Made by a program: the position numbers and the translations under genes. Shown here piece by piece: positions 1 to 7,940 of a stretch of 30,340 nt of DNA (position 1 is its first letter; each line of letters opens with the position of its first letter). Origin of the DNA: a virus (Duplodnaviria; Heunggongvirae; Uroviricota; Caudoviricetes). The DNA is taken from IMG/VR virus record IMGVR_UViG_2531839446_000015. The stretch is one strand, 5' to 3'. The notes under the pieces were generated by a model. That model was given only the letters and a program-made list of their open reading frames with translations. It was not told where the DNA came from and did no database searches.

Positions 1-296
1 CTATTTATCGGAAGGTTTATCCTGCTGCGGTTTGTTGTTGACCATATCGCACAACATAGAGAGCAGCATTAACCGTACTTTAAAGGGAGAATGACTAAAC
101 ACGCGCATACACCTCTTGAACTCATTCATAAGACCTCCTGACTTGCTAATCCCATCGATCCTTGAGGGATGATTGCATTACATACAGATATAGCACAGGC
201 TATATTATAAAGCATCAACTATCTGCGAAAAACAACAACTTACAGTGTTATCAATAAGTTACGTTGGTTAATGTCTGTGAGTATTCGGCAGTATTT

Positions 297-1337
297 CTAA
301 GCTGTCGCGACATTTTTGCGACATTTTAGGGGGTTAAGTCGCACAGCATCTTCAAGGTGGCTTGGGGCGAAGTGGGCATAACGCATTGTCATGGTTATGT
401 CAGCGTGGCCGAGAATTTTTTGCAAAACCAGAATGTTTCCGCCGTTCATCATAAAGTGGCTGGCAAATGTATGGCGCAGTACATGGGTAAGCTGGCCGGA
501 GGGGAGTTCAATGCCTGCGCGTTCCAGAGCAGAGCGGAAAGCGTTGTAGCAGGGCTTGGGGAACAGAGCGCCTTTTGTTTCAGGTAATTCGGACAGAAGT
601 TCATCATCAAGGGGAATTGTTCTGTTGCGCTTCCCTTTGGTTTTGACGAACGTGACTTTACCCCCGGCGATCTGGGAGCTTTTCAGCGTTGCCGCCTCAT
701 TCCACCTTGCGCCGGTAGCAAGGCAGATTTTGACAACTAATTCTAGGTACTTAACTTTGCTTCGTTTGCATTCCAGTAAAAGCCGATCAATTTCTTCGGT
801 AGTGAGGAAAGCCATTTCGGTTTCATCAGTACGATACTGTCTGACGTTTTCCAGTGGGTTGGGTGCTGACCATTCACCAATCCGTTTCAGTTCATTGAAC
901 ATCGCTAGAAAGTAAGCATGTTCAAGGTTCATAGTTTTCGGGGAAACCTTAGATACTCTGTTGGTGCGGGCATAATGCCCATCCAGCCTTTTAGCGCGGT
1001 AGGCTGTGAACAACTGGGCATTAAATTCTGTGGCCAGCGGGAATCCCATGCATTCCGCCGCCCAGGTCATAGCATCTTTACGCTTTTCGCCATTGCTCAA
1101 AGCTACGCCGTGGCGTTCATACCACATTGTTATCAGATCTATTAAAGTTCGCTTGTCCTTCCCTTCACCCAGCCACGGAGCTGCGTCTACTTTCTGAAGC
1201 GTATGGTTTTCGAATGCCAGGGCTTCCCCTTTCGTGGCAAATTTTTTACGTATACGCTTCCCGTTCTTGCCATTACTGCGGTTGACGGTGTAGAAGTCGG
1301 CGATCCATTCGCCTGTAGGAAGTTTACGAACGCTCAT
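297..1337 (-). CDS. int: Tyrosine integrase (P2/186 family site-specific recombinase)
   Basis: 346 aa ORF; C-terminal catalytic signature HVLRHTFASHF ... LGHADITMTMRYAH (His/Arg box and active-site Tyr); lies directly downstream of the repressor gene with 1-nt spacing (cI stop 1339-1341, int ATG 1335-1337), as in 186. Confidence 0.9.
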   Translation of the reverse strand: MSVRKLPTGEWIADFYTVNRSNGKNGKRIRKKFATKGEALAFENHTLQKVDAAPWLGEGKDKRTLIDLITMWYERHGVALSNGEKRKDAMTWAAECMGFPLATEFNAQLFTAYRAKRLDGHYARTNRVSKVSPKTMNLEHAYFLAMFNELKRIGEWSAPNPLENVRQYRTDETEMAFLTTEEIDRLLLECKRSKVKYLELVVKICLATGARWNEAATLKSSQIAGGKVTFVKTKGKRNRTIPLDDELLSELPETKGALFPKPCYNAFRSALERAGIELPSGQLTHVLRHTFASHFMMNGGNILVLQKILGHADITMTMRYAHFAPSHLEDAVRLNPLKCRKNVATA

Positions 1338-1338
1338 T

Positions 1339-1962
1339 TTATTTTATCGTCAGAACAACGCGGCCTATGATTTTTATGTCGTCAATTCCGCAATCAAATG
1401 CCATACCAACACCGCTAACTCTGACTTTTCGTACCGGAATCCGTGTAAGAGTGCGGACGCTTGTTTTTCCTTCAACTTCAACCAACCAATCATCGTCATA
1501 AACTTCAGAATAAGACTGGTCAACAATGTACTGAATAAGGCCATCCAGAACACAAATCGGTTGTTGCGGTAAGGGCTTGCCAGGCAGGAAGATGACTTTA
1601 TCAAGCATAAGTGTGCCAGCGTCATAGAGTTGGCCATCAACAATCTTGCTGCGCGGCATTTTGAGTATGTCTAATTCATCATCATTAAATTTACGTCCCT
1701 GTCCTGTTGCCAGCCACTCCAGATTAGCGCCTGTTTCGGCTACGCATTTCACGACAATATCTGCCGGGAAAACTCCACGCTTGTAGCGTGAAGAAAGAGA
1801 ACTGGCTGCCATGTCCAGATGTTCCGCGAGCTGTAACTTCTGCGTAAATCCGTAAGCCTCGATCACCCTGTCAAGAATCGGTGTGCTATCTACGTTTAGG
1901 TCGATTTTAAATGTGCTCATAGCGAATCCATAAGTCTCGATTCGAGAAATTGCCATTGACAC
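1339..1962 (-). CDS. cI: CI-type immunity repressor (186 CI-like)
   Basis: About 205 aa; N-terminal EAYGFTQKLQLAEHLDMAASSLSSRYKRG and C-terminal CGIDDIKIIGRVV resemble my recollection of coliphage 186 CI; divergent from the apl/cII operon. The annotated start at 1962 is GTG; an in-frame ATG at 1954-1956 is an alternative start. Confidence 0.8.
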   Translation of the reverse strand: MSMAISRIETYGFAMSTFKIDLNVDSTPILDRVIEAYGFTQKLQLAEHLDMAASSLSSRYKRGVFPADIVVKCVAETGANLEWLATGQGRKFNDDELDILKMPRSKIVDGQLYDAGTLMLDKVIFLPGKPLPQQPICVLDGLIQYIVDQSYSEVYDDDWLVEVEGKTSVRTLTRIPVRKVRVSGVGMAFDCGIDDIKIIGRVVLTIK

Positions 1963-2011
1963 TTCTCGAAACGCGAATTAATCTGGCTCCATATTTCGAA
2001 TGTTGCCTTAT
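1935..2011. promoter_or_regulatory. Lysis-lysogeny switch region: rightward sigma70-like promoter and candidate CI operator half-sites
   Basis: TTGACA at 1956-1961 and TAATCT at 1979-1984 with 17-nt spacing, reading toward apl (ATG 2056). Inverted repeat TCTCGA-T-TCGAGA at 1935-1947; TTCGAGAA at 1941-1948 and TTCTCGAA at 1963-1970 are reverse complements; another TTCGAA at 1995-2000. Confidence 0.4.
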
Positions 2012-2055
2012 ATAACCCTGTATTGCCGTACAGGTTAACTTGTGGAGTTTGCCTT

Positions 2056-2277
2056 ATGCGTCCGAACATTACAATCATCATCCCAGAACCATACCTGCCT
2101 TTAGACGAGTATTGCCGCCGTACTGGCACCAACAAAGAAACCGCCAGGAACCTGATCGAATACGGAAAATTACCTATTAAGCCGAAGGGTAAGCAGAAGA
2201 AAGGCCTGGTCGAAGTCAACATGGCCGCGCTCACTATTCAGGCTTTAAGTGAATGTGACATTTCGCTTAACGCGTAA
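2056..2277 (+). CDS. Apl/Cox-like excisionase and early regulator (by position and size)
   Basis: 73 aa from the ATG at 2056 (the track ORF starts earlier at 2023); first gene of the rightward operon facing cI, the position held by apl in 186 and cox in P2. Sequence similarity was not verified. Confidence 0.5.
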   Translation: MRPNITIIIPEPYLPLDEYCRRTGTNKETARNLIEYGKLPIKPKGKQKKGLVEVNMAALTIQALSECDISLNA

Positions 2278-2307
2278 TCCATCCTACGGATTAGGGAGAG
2301 GCAAACA

Positions 2308-2811
2308 ATGTTTGATTACCAGACATCTAAACATGCGCACTTTGATGCGGCTTGCCGAGCATTTGCAACTGAGCACAATCTTGAAGATGTGGCCGCTGCT
2401 GTTGGTATGAGGCCACAGATCTTGCGCAACAAACTGAACCCAGCGCAACCGCACCGCCTAACCTGTGATGAGCTTTTGGCTATCACGGATTACACCGAAG
2501 ATGCACGTTTACTTGATGGGATGTTAGGTCAGATTAACTGCCTTCCATCCGTGCCGGTGAACAATGCCACTGAAGCCAACATGCAACTGTGTGCGCTTAG
2601 CGCCACTGCGTGTGTGGGAGCGATTGCTGGGGAAGCCGTATCAACTGGCCATATGACCGCCGCCCGCCGTGCTCAAATTTTGGATCGCGCCCGCGATGCA
2701 ATCCGTAGCTTATCCGTGCTGGCTTATACCGTTGAAAGCCGTATTCACTCTGCGCCGGTTCTGGCTGCTGCGGTGGATCTGGTCACAACCCACGCCACCG
2801 GCCTGATGTGA
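2308..2811 (+). CDS. cII: CII-like transcriptional activator (186 CII family)
   Basis: 167 aa; N-terminus MFDYQTSKHAHFDAACRAFA ... LRNKLNPAQPH ... CLPSVPVNN closely matches my recollection of 186 CII; purine-rich stretch upstream of the ATG at 2308. Confidence 0.75.
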   Translation: MFDYQTSKHAHFDAACRAFATEHNLEDVAAAVGMRPQILRNKLNPAQPHRLTCDELLAITDYTEDARLLDGMLGQINCLPSVPVNNATEANMQLCALSATACVGAIAGEAVSTGHMTAARRAQILDRARDAIRSLSVLAYTVESRIHSAPVLAAAVDLVTTHATGLM

Positions 2812-2820
2812 GGGAACACT

Positions 2821-2994
2821 ATGAAAGCGTTTGTCACTTACCTGAAAAAAGAATCACCAGCCATGCAGTTGCCGAGTGGTTCAACGGGCTGGATAGAACT
2901 GCCGAACGGTCAGCGCTGGAACCCAGGCCACATTTACAAATTCAATGGCCAGCAGCCGCGCCGCCCGTGGTGGCGTCGTCTGATGGGGCTATAG
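2821..2994 (+). CDS. Small hypothetical protein (57 aa, basic C-terminus)
   Basis: ATG at 2821 preceded by GAGGGA (2810-2815); ends TAG 2992-2994. Below the 60-aa cutoff of the ORF track. It is in a different frame from the 2808 track ORF and overlaps its 5' part, so this is an alternative gene model. Confidence 0.3.
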   Translation: MKAFVTYLKKESPAMQLPSGSTGWIELPNGQRWNPGHIYKFNGQQPRRPWWRRLMGL

Positions 2995-3002
2995 GAGGCG
3001 TT

Positions 3003-3431
3003 ATGGCGATTAGCCAGGAACAGCAAAAGCGCGGGCTGGAGCATTTAAAACAGATCCGCCGCAAATACTTCAGCAAAAGCAGCGAGGCCGCTGAATGGTG
3101 GGACAACTTAACACCGGAGTGGCGCGGCGTAGTGCTTCATGCTGCTGCGGTTACATCTGGTACCGGGGCATTTAAAGCCCATTTAAGTAAGTGCTGCTGG
3201 CGGGAGCTTTATGACCGCCTGGGCTATCGGGACATGATTCAACTGCGCCAGGGCATTTCACGGGCGCGGTTAACGTTTGAAGGTTTCGGCAGTTTACGTG
3301 ACAGCGATTTTTCGAAGCGCACCGCGAACCGCTCGATCAAAAAAGTACATCCCATTTATAGCAGTGGCGGGGTGCAGATGGTGATCGCGCCGCATATCGT
3401 CCATAAGTTCCAGCAACAGGGGAATCACTAA
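3003..3431 (+). CDS. Hypothetical early protein (142 aa)
   Basis: ATG at 3003 sits 4 nt after a perfect AGGAGG (2993-2998). The track ORF 2808-3431 is the same frame extended upstream to a GTG with no Shine-Dalgarno. Confidence 0.5.
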   Translation: MAISQEQQKRGLEHLKQIRRKYFSKSSEAAEWWDNLTPEWRGVVLHAAAVTSGTGAFKAHLSKCCWRELYDRLGYRDMIQLRQGISRARLTFEGFGSLRDSDFSKRTANRSIKKVHPIYSSGGVQMVIAPHIVHKFQQQGNH

Positions 3432-3832
3432 TGACCATTATTTCCGTTGAGGGCAAATCGTTGGGGGCAGAGCTGGCTGTGTGGGGCGTCCCGCATAACT
3501 ACGCATTAGCGTTTGCAGAGAAAAGCACCAGTAAAAATGGGCGTATCGCTTTGCATCCGTTCTTCTTCAATGACACTGAACACATGACAAATCCGCGTCA
3601 CTGGCTGGCGATCAATGCTGCTTTCTGGTGCTGCGTGTATCGCGAAGCGGAAAGCAAAGAAGCCCAGATAGAAGCGCTGGCGGGGATTCGTGCAATTTTC
3701 TATACAGCCGGGGCATTGGGAGTTGGCGAGATAAAAGCGCTGATCCAGGAGTGGTGGCGGACAACCTATGAGCTGCACCTGATTCCGGCTCCGAACTACT
3801 CAGCCGCCACAGTACAACCCACTTTTCACTAA
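3431..3832 (+). CDS. Hypothetical early protein (133 aa)
   Basis: TAATG stop-start overlap with the upstream gene; no family recognised by eye. Confidence 0.5.
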   Translation: MTIISVEGKSLGAELAVWGVPHNYALAFAEKSTSKNGRIALHPFFFNDTEHMTNPRHWLAINAAFWCCVYREAESKEAQIEALAGIRAIFYTAGALGVGEIKALIQEWWRTTYELHLIPAPNYSAATVQPTFH

Positions 3833-3851
3833 TTAACAGCCTGAATTTTTT

Positions 3852-3885
3852 GGCCACGGTTCAAGTGGCCGGGGATTCTTTTGCC
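3852..3885 (+). terminator. Intergenic hairpin, possible attenuator or weak terminator
   Basis: GGCCAC (3852-3857) and GTGGCC (3865-3870) form a 6-bp stem with a 7-nt loop, followed by GGGGATTCTTTTGCC; the T-run is separated from the stem by four G residues. Confidence 0.25.
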
Positions 3886-3899
3886 TTAAGGAAACCAAA

Positions 3900-4133
3900 A
3901 TGCACATGACACGTCAGGATTTACCCGCAACAAAATCAGGCACCGACCTGCTGGCCATGCTCACCAAAGCCACGCAGGAAGGTAAAGCCGCAGTTGCTGA
4001 TCTGTGTTCCACCCGTCTGGATAAGCTGGCCACTCATGCGGCCAATGAAGGTTTAAGCGCAACGGAAATCGTTGAGTTAATCCGCGAAGAAGCCGCAGCG
4101 ATTTGCAGCAAAGGCGGTGCGGCATGGCAGTAA
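3900..4133 (+). CDS. Hypothetical small protein (77 aa)
   Basis: AAGGA Shine-Dalgarno upstream of ATG 3900; alanine-rich, predicted helical; no family recognised. Confidence 0.4.
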   Translation: MHMTRQDLPATKSGTDLLAMLTKATQEGKAAVADLCSTRLDKLATHAANEGLSATEIVELIREEAAAICSKGGAAWQ

Positions 4134-4453
4134 AAATTCATGCGGTAAAAATTGCGCCAAAATATCTTGATGCAGTAGTGGCTGGTCAGAAAAAGGCCGA
4201 GCTGCGAAAAAACGATCGCGGGTATAAAACCGGTGATGTTCTTTCATTGTGCGAGTGGAAGCACGGGAAATACACCGGGCGAGAGTGGGCGGCAGTTATC
4301 ACCCATGTTTTGCCGGTGAATGAAATTATCGCTGATACCGAAAATTGGGTGGTTTTATCTATCCGTTCGCTGTCACCGCTTGAAGTGCTGGAATACATCA
4401 TTTCAAACGGTGTAACAGAGTCGTTAGTTGGCGGAGGTCAATATGGCCGTTAA
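4124..4453 (+). CDS. ASCH-like / DUF3850-like small protein
   Basis: From internal ATG 4124: [45 protein letters not shown] resembles the DUF3850/ASCH pattern (KIWPEYFEAV..GKKTFEIRKNDRDFxVGD) as I recall it; overlaps the previous gene by 10 nt. Confidence 0.5.
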   Translation: MAVKIHAVKIAPKYLDAVVAGQKKAELRKNDRGYKTGDVLSLCEWKHGKYTGREWAAVITHVLPVNEIIADTENWVVLSIRSLSPLEVLEYIISNGVTESLVGGGQYGR

Positions 4454-5303
4454 AACTCCGCTTAAATGGGTGGGCAGCAAAGCCCGCCTCATGCCTAAGC
4501 TGCGTCCGCACCTTCCAGAAGGTAAACGCCTGGTTGAACCGTTCGCAGGTTCCTGCGCCGTCATGATGAATACGGATTATGACGAGTATCTGATCGCAGA
4601 TGTGAATCCTGACCTGGTTAATCTTTATAAGGCGATGGCGTATCACACTAATGCGCTGCTGAATGAGCTGGAGATCCTGTTTTCTGCCGGTTCGTTAGGT
4701 GATGTAGAAAGCCGTGCCGTTTTCTATTACGCAGTGCGTGATGCTTTCAATCTTTCTGGTGGTAAGGCCGGTTCTGAATCTGTTGAAAATGCTGCGCGTT
4801 TCCTGTACCTGAACCGGCACTGCTTCAATGGTCTGTGTCGGTATAACCGTCGAGGCCAGTTCAACGTCCCGTTCGGTAAGTACAAAAAGCCTTATTTCCC
4901 CGCTGATGAAATCCGCGCCTTTGCTGAAAAAGCAAAACGCGCAACGTTCATTACTGCCCACTATTCAGAAACGCTTGATTTGGTTCGGGGCGGGAGTGAC
5001 GTTGTTTACTGTGATCCGCCTTATCTGACTGATGCCGACAATTTCACCGCTTACCATGAGCGCGGTTTTTCGCATATGGATCAGGGGCGGCTGGCGCGTA
5101 AACTGCGCCGTCTGGCGGAACGTGGGATTCCCGTTGTCGCGTCAAACAGCGATCTGGAAATGGTGCATTACCTGTATGCAGGGTTTGACGCCGTAAAGGT
5201 TAATGCGCCGCGTAGTGTCGGTGCGGCAGCTGCAAGCCCGAAAACGGCGGCAGAGCTGATTCTTAAATGGCCTTTACCGGCGACTTCTGAGGCCAGCGCA
5301 TGA
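4443..5303 (+). CDS. dam: DNA adenine methyltransferase, Dam (GATC) family
   Basis: Motifs [13 protein letters not shown] (N-terminal Dam/SAM motif) and DPPY (catalytic); GGAGG before ATG 4443; stop overlaps the A-gene start (ATGA at 5300-5303). Confidence 0.85.
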   Translation: MAVKTPLKWVGSKARLMPKLRPHLPEGKRLVEPFAGSCAVMMNTDYDEYLIADVNPDLVNLYKAMAYHTNALLNELEILFSAGSLGDVESRAVFYYAVRDAFNLSGGKAGSESVENAARFLYLNRHCFNGLCRYNRRGQFNVPFGKYKKPYFPADEIRAFAEKAKRATFITAHYSETLDLVRGGSDVVYCDPPYLTDADNFTAYHERGFSHMDQGRLARKLRRLAERGIPVVASNSDLEMVHYLYAGFDAVKVNAPRSVGAAAASPKTAAELILKWPLPATSEASA

Positions 5304-7321
5304 CGCTGGCAATAAACGAACAATGCTATGCCGTTGATGCCTGGAGGCGGGAAACTTTCGCACCAGGCACACCGGCAGACGCGACTATCACAGAACGCCG
5401 CCTGTGGGCTGTAAACCCGCAGGATTATGAATGGCGATCCCGGTACCTGCATGAGATACCCGACTGGTTAGCCGGGTATTTTGGCCGTCGCTATGAAAAG
5501 CTTTTTTCTGGCCGTGACGGGCGTCGCCGTGCCAATACATTCCTGCGCAAAACAATCGGTGAGAATGTATTGCCACGTCTGCGCAAAGTGGCTGCGCGTT
5601 ACTCGCTGGCCGCTGATGCTGCTGATCTTCCTTTTGGTAAGTCGCTGGAGCGCTTGCCGTCACTAGACCGTCCTGATCTTAAAAAACTGGCTGGCCAGGT
5701 ATCTGGCTGGATTTCCCAGTCACTTTATGACTTCACCGAACAGTTTGATTCCGGCACTGACGACGCCAGAGAGCTGCATCGCCGCACTCTGGAATCTTAC
5801 CGCCATCTTTGTGCCTGTTGCCTGATGCTGAATAACCAGCCGCCGTACTGGACTGAACATGAGGCCAATGAAGGTCAACTGGAAATGCGTAAGGCGGAAT
5901 CCGGGATACTGCGCATGATGGCGCCGGAATGGTGGTACCTGCGTCTTAAACGTGCGCGTGATACGCAGCGCGAGCACATGGCCATTGCGGTGGGACAGGT
6001 GCAAAAAGCGGCCAGCGCTTATGTATCCCGCAAAACACTGGGTGAATGGATAGACCAGAAAAAGCGGAATCTGGAGTTCTTTAAAAAGTTTGATCTGCTG
6101 AATGATGAGGGGCTGCGCATTGCACTGGACAGCATGGTGCACCGCAGCGTTGCAAATCCGGCGATCCGTCGATGTGAACTAATGGTAAGAATGCGAGGGT
6201 TTGAAGATATGGCCAATGAAGAAGGGCTGGCCGGTGAGTTTTACACTATCACCGCGCCATCACGTTTCCATGCGGTTCACAGCAAAGGGGGCTTTGTATC
6301 GCAATGGGATGGAAGTACGCCGCAGGATACCCAGCGCTATTTATGCGGCGTATGGGCAAAAGCGCGTGCAGCGATCTCGCGTGCTGGTATCCATGTATTT
6401 GGGTTTCGGGTTGTTGAGCCTCACCATGACGGGACACCGCACTGGCATATGTTGCTTTTTATGCGTCCGCAGGACGTGGACACGGTACGCGATATTCTTT
6501 GTTATCACGCCAGAATTACCGATTCTGAAGAACTGCAATCTGAAAAGGCGCTGAAGGCGCGTTTTCATGTTGAAGCTATCGATCCCGCCAAAGGTTCGGC
6601 CACGGGCTACATCGCGAAATACATTTCAAAAAATATTGATGGTTTTGCGCTGGATGGTGAGCAGGACGAAGAAACCGGCGAAAACCTGCGTGATATGGCT
6701 AAGTCCGTTTCCGCGTGGGCTTCACGCTGGCGTATTCGCCAGTTTCAGCAGATTGGTGGTGCGCCGGTAACCGTCTGGCGTGAGCTGCGTCGGTTGCGGG
6801 ATCAGGTACTGACAGATCGCAGAATGGATGCGGTTCTGGCCGCTGCTGATGTCGGGGACTGGGCTGCATATACCCAGGCGCAGGGAGGTGCACTGGTTGC
6901 CCGCCGTGATCTGGTTGTTCGTCTGGCCTATGAAATTACGGAACAGGGCAACGAATACGCGGAGGACGTGCAGCGCGTACAGGGTGTTTATTCTCCTTTG
7001 ATTCCTGATTCAGAAGTTTGCACCCGTCTGGTTAAGTGGCAAAAGGTTGCGAAGTTGGCCGAAGCGCCAGCGGAGGCGGGTTTTTCTGGCGGCAACGCCG
7101 CCCCTTGGAGTTCTGTCAATAACTGTACGGAGGGGGGAACCCGCAGACGGTTAAAACTGGAATTACGCAGTCGGGGTTTTGAGGGTTCCGATGAAGAAAT
7201 AGCCATTCTCCTGCGGGGTAGTGGTTTGATATTTGGTCAGGGGGCACTGATTTACCGCAATGGGCGGTTGAAGGAAACACGAAACGAACCATTGCAGGAG
7301 CTTTGGCCGGGGTGGTTATAG
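5300..7321 (+). CDS. Rolling-circle replication initiator (P2 gpA / 186 A family endonuclease)
   Basis: 673 aa; HUH-type motif PHWHMLLF and active-site tyrosine region YIAKYISKN; position after the early operon. Confidence 0.85.
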   Translation: MTLAINEQCYAVDAWRRETFAPGTPADATITERRLWAVNPQDYEWRSRYLHEIPDWLAGYFGRRYEKLFSGRDGRRRANTFLRKTIGENVLPRLRKVAARYSLAADAADLPFGKSLERLPSLDRPDLKKLAGQVSGWISQSLYDFTEQFDSGTDDARELHRRTLESYRHLCACCLMLNNQPPYWTEHEANEGQLEMRKAESGILRMMAPEWWYLRLKRARDTQREHMAIAVGQVQKAASAYVSRKTLGEWIDQKKRNLEFFKKFDLLNDEGLRIALDSMVHRSVANPAIRRCELMVRMRGFEDMANEEGLAGEFYTITAPSRFHAVHSKGGFVSQWDGSTPQDTQRYLCGVWAKARAAISRAGIHVFGFRVVEPHHDGTPHWHMLLFMRPQDVDTVRDILCYHARITDSEELQSEKALKARFHVEAIDPAKGSATGYIAKYISKNIDGFALDGEQDEETGENLRDMAKSVSAWASRWRIRQFQQIGGAPVTVWRELRRLRDQVLTDRRMDAVLAAADVGDWAAYTQAQGGALVARRDLVVRLAYEITEQGNEYAEDVQRVQGVYSPLIPDSEVCTRLVKWQKVAKLAEAPAEAGFSGGNAAPWSSVNNCTEGGTRRRLKLELRSRGFEGSDEEIAILLRGSGLIFGQGALIYRNGRLKETRNEPLQELWPGWL

Positions 7322-7440
7322 GTGTGCATGTGTGTGTAACACATTCATTTGTCAGTAGATGGCAGGAAATTAAATTTCACAATTCGTGCTTTAAGGTGTA
7401 CTGTATGTATATCCAGTTATTTATTGCTTGTGGGGGCTAA

Positions 7441-7647
7441 ATGGATCTTTTGGAGGCGTCGGCACAGCTGGAACGCATTGAGTTATTGGCCAAAATTGCC
7501 CATGTTTACGAAAGTAACCAGAGAGAAAAAACAATCGCTTTGGCCTGGATTGGAGAGCTTGCGGGAGAGGTTCGCGAAATGGTTAAAAAGGAAGGGCAAC
7601 GCCCCCAGAATGGGGGCATTTCAGGCGGCGGGAGTCGCTTTCAGTAG
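7441..7647 (+). CDS. Hypothetical small helical protein (68 aa), doubtful
   Basis: ORF in the A-to-portal interval; weak G-rich Shine-Dalgarno; 3' end overlaps the convergent ogr-like gene by 27 nt. Confidence 0.25.
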   Translation: MDLLEASAQLERIELLAKIAHVYESNQREKTIALAWIGELAGEVREMVKKEGQRPQNGGISGGGSRFQ

Positions 7648-7890
7648 GTCTAATGCCATCTGGCGCTGATCGGGTGAAAGTGCATTCAGTATTTTTTGCA
7701 CCATCGCATCACCCGCTTTAGCGCTGGGGCTGAGAGTGTGGGAGAACGTCAGATTCATAACAAACGTGTGGCCACACTCAACATCTGAACAGGCGCAGTA
7801 AATATCCGCAATTTGCCGGTGCTTCCTGTTCGTTTTACGAATAACAGCCTTTGAGCCGCATTCCGGGCATTCGATTTTCAGAACTCGCAT
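7621..7890 (-). CDS. ogr: Ogr/Delta-family zinc-finger late-gene transcription activator
   Basis: From ATG 7890 (GGAG upstream): MRVLKIECPECGSKAVIRKTNRKHRQIADIYCACSDVECGHTF gives C-x2-C-x22-C-x4-C spacing and a C-terminal TF motif as in P2 Ogr (CPLC ... CQNVNCSATF). The track ORF extends to 7944 with no Shine-Dalgarno. Confidence 0.7.
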   Translation of the reverse strand: MRVLKIECPECGSKAVIRKTNRKHRQIADIYCACSDVECGHTFVMNLTFSHTLSPSAKAGDAMVQKILNALSPDQRQMALDLLKATPAA

Positions 7891-7940
7891 ATTCCATGCT
7901 CCAGCTGTTAAATGATGCCTGGATTTTAGCCTGTTTCGCC

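Noticed and set aside
1-180. Short minus-strand ORF reaching the left edge (about 42-59 aa)
   Set aside because: No ribosome-binding site, below the size cutoff, AT-rich intergenic context; more likely att-flank non-coding DNA.
304-327. Direct repeat GCGACATTTT x2 at the integrase 3' end, possible Int arm sites
   Set aside because: The repeat lies inside the int coding sequence and is explained by the encoded KCRKNV peptide; no independent evidence of a binding site.
2808-3431. Single 207-aa ORF from the six-frame track
   Set aside because: It starts at a GTG with no Shine-Dalgarno, whereas an AGGAGG-ATG start at 3003 in the same frame and a separate Shine-Dalgarno-led 57-aa ORF at 2821-2994 in another frame are better supported. 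Kept as a less likely alternative model.
5720-6142. 140-aa minus-strand ORF inside gene A
   Set aside because: Antisense shadow within the well-supported replication initiator gene.
7601-7617. GC hairpin GCCCCC-AGAAT-GGGGGC at the ogr-like stop as a terminator
   Set aside because: No adjacent U-run on either strand (the nearest T-run on the minus strand is about 10 nt away); may be structural or an attenuator but cannot be called a terminator.
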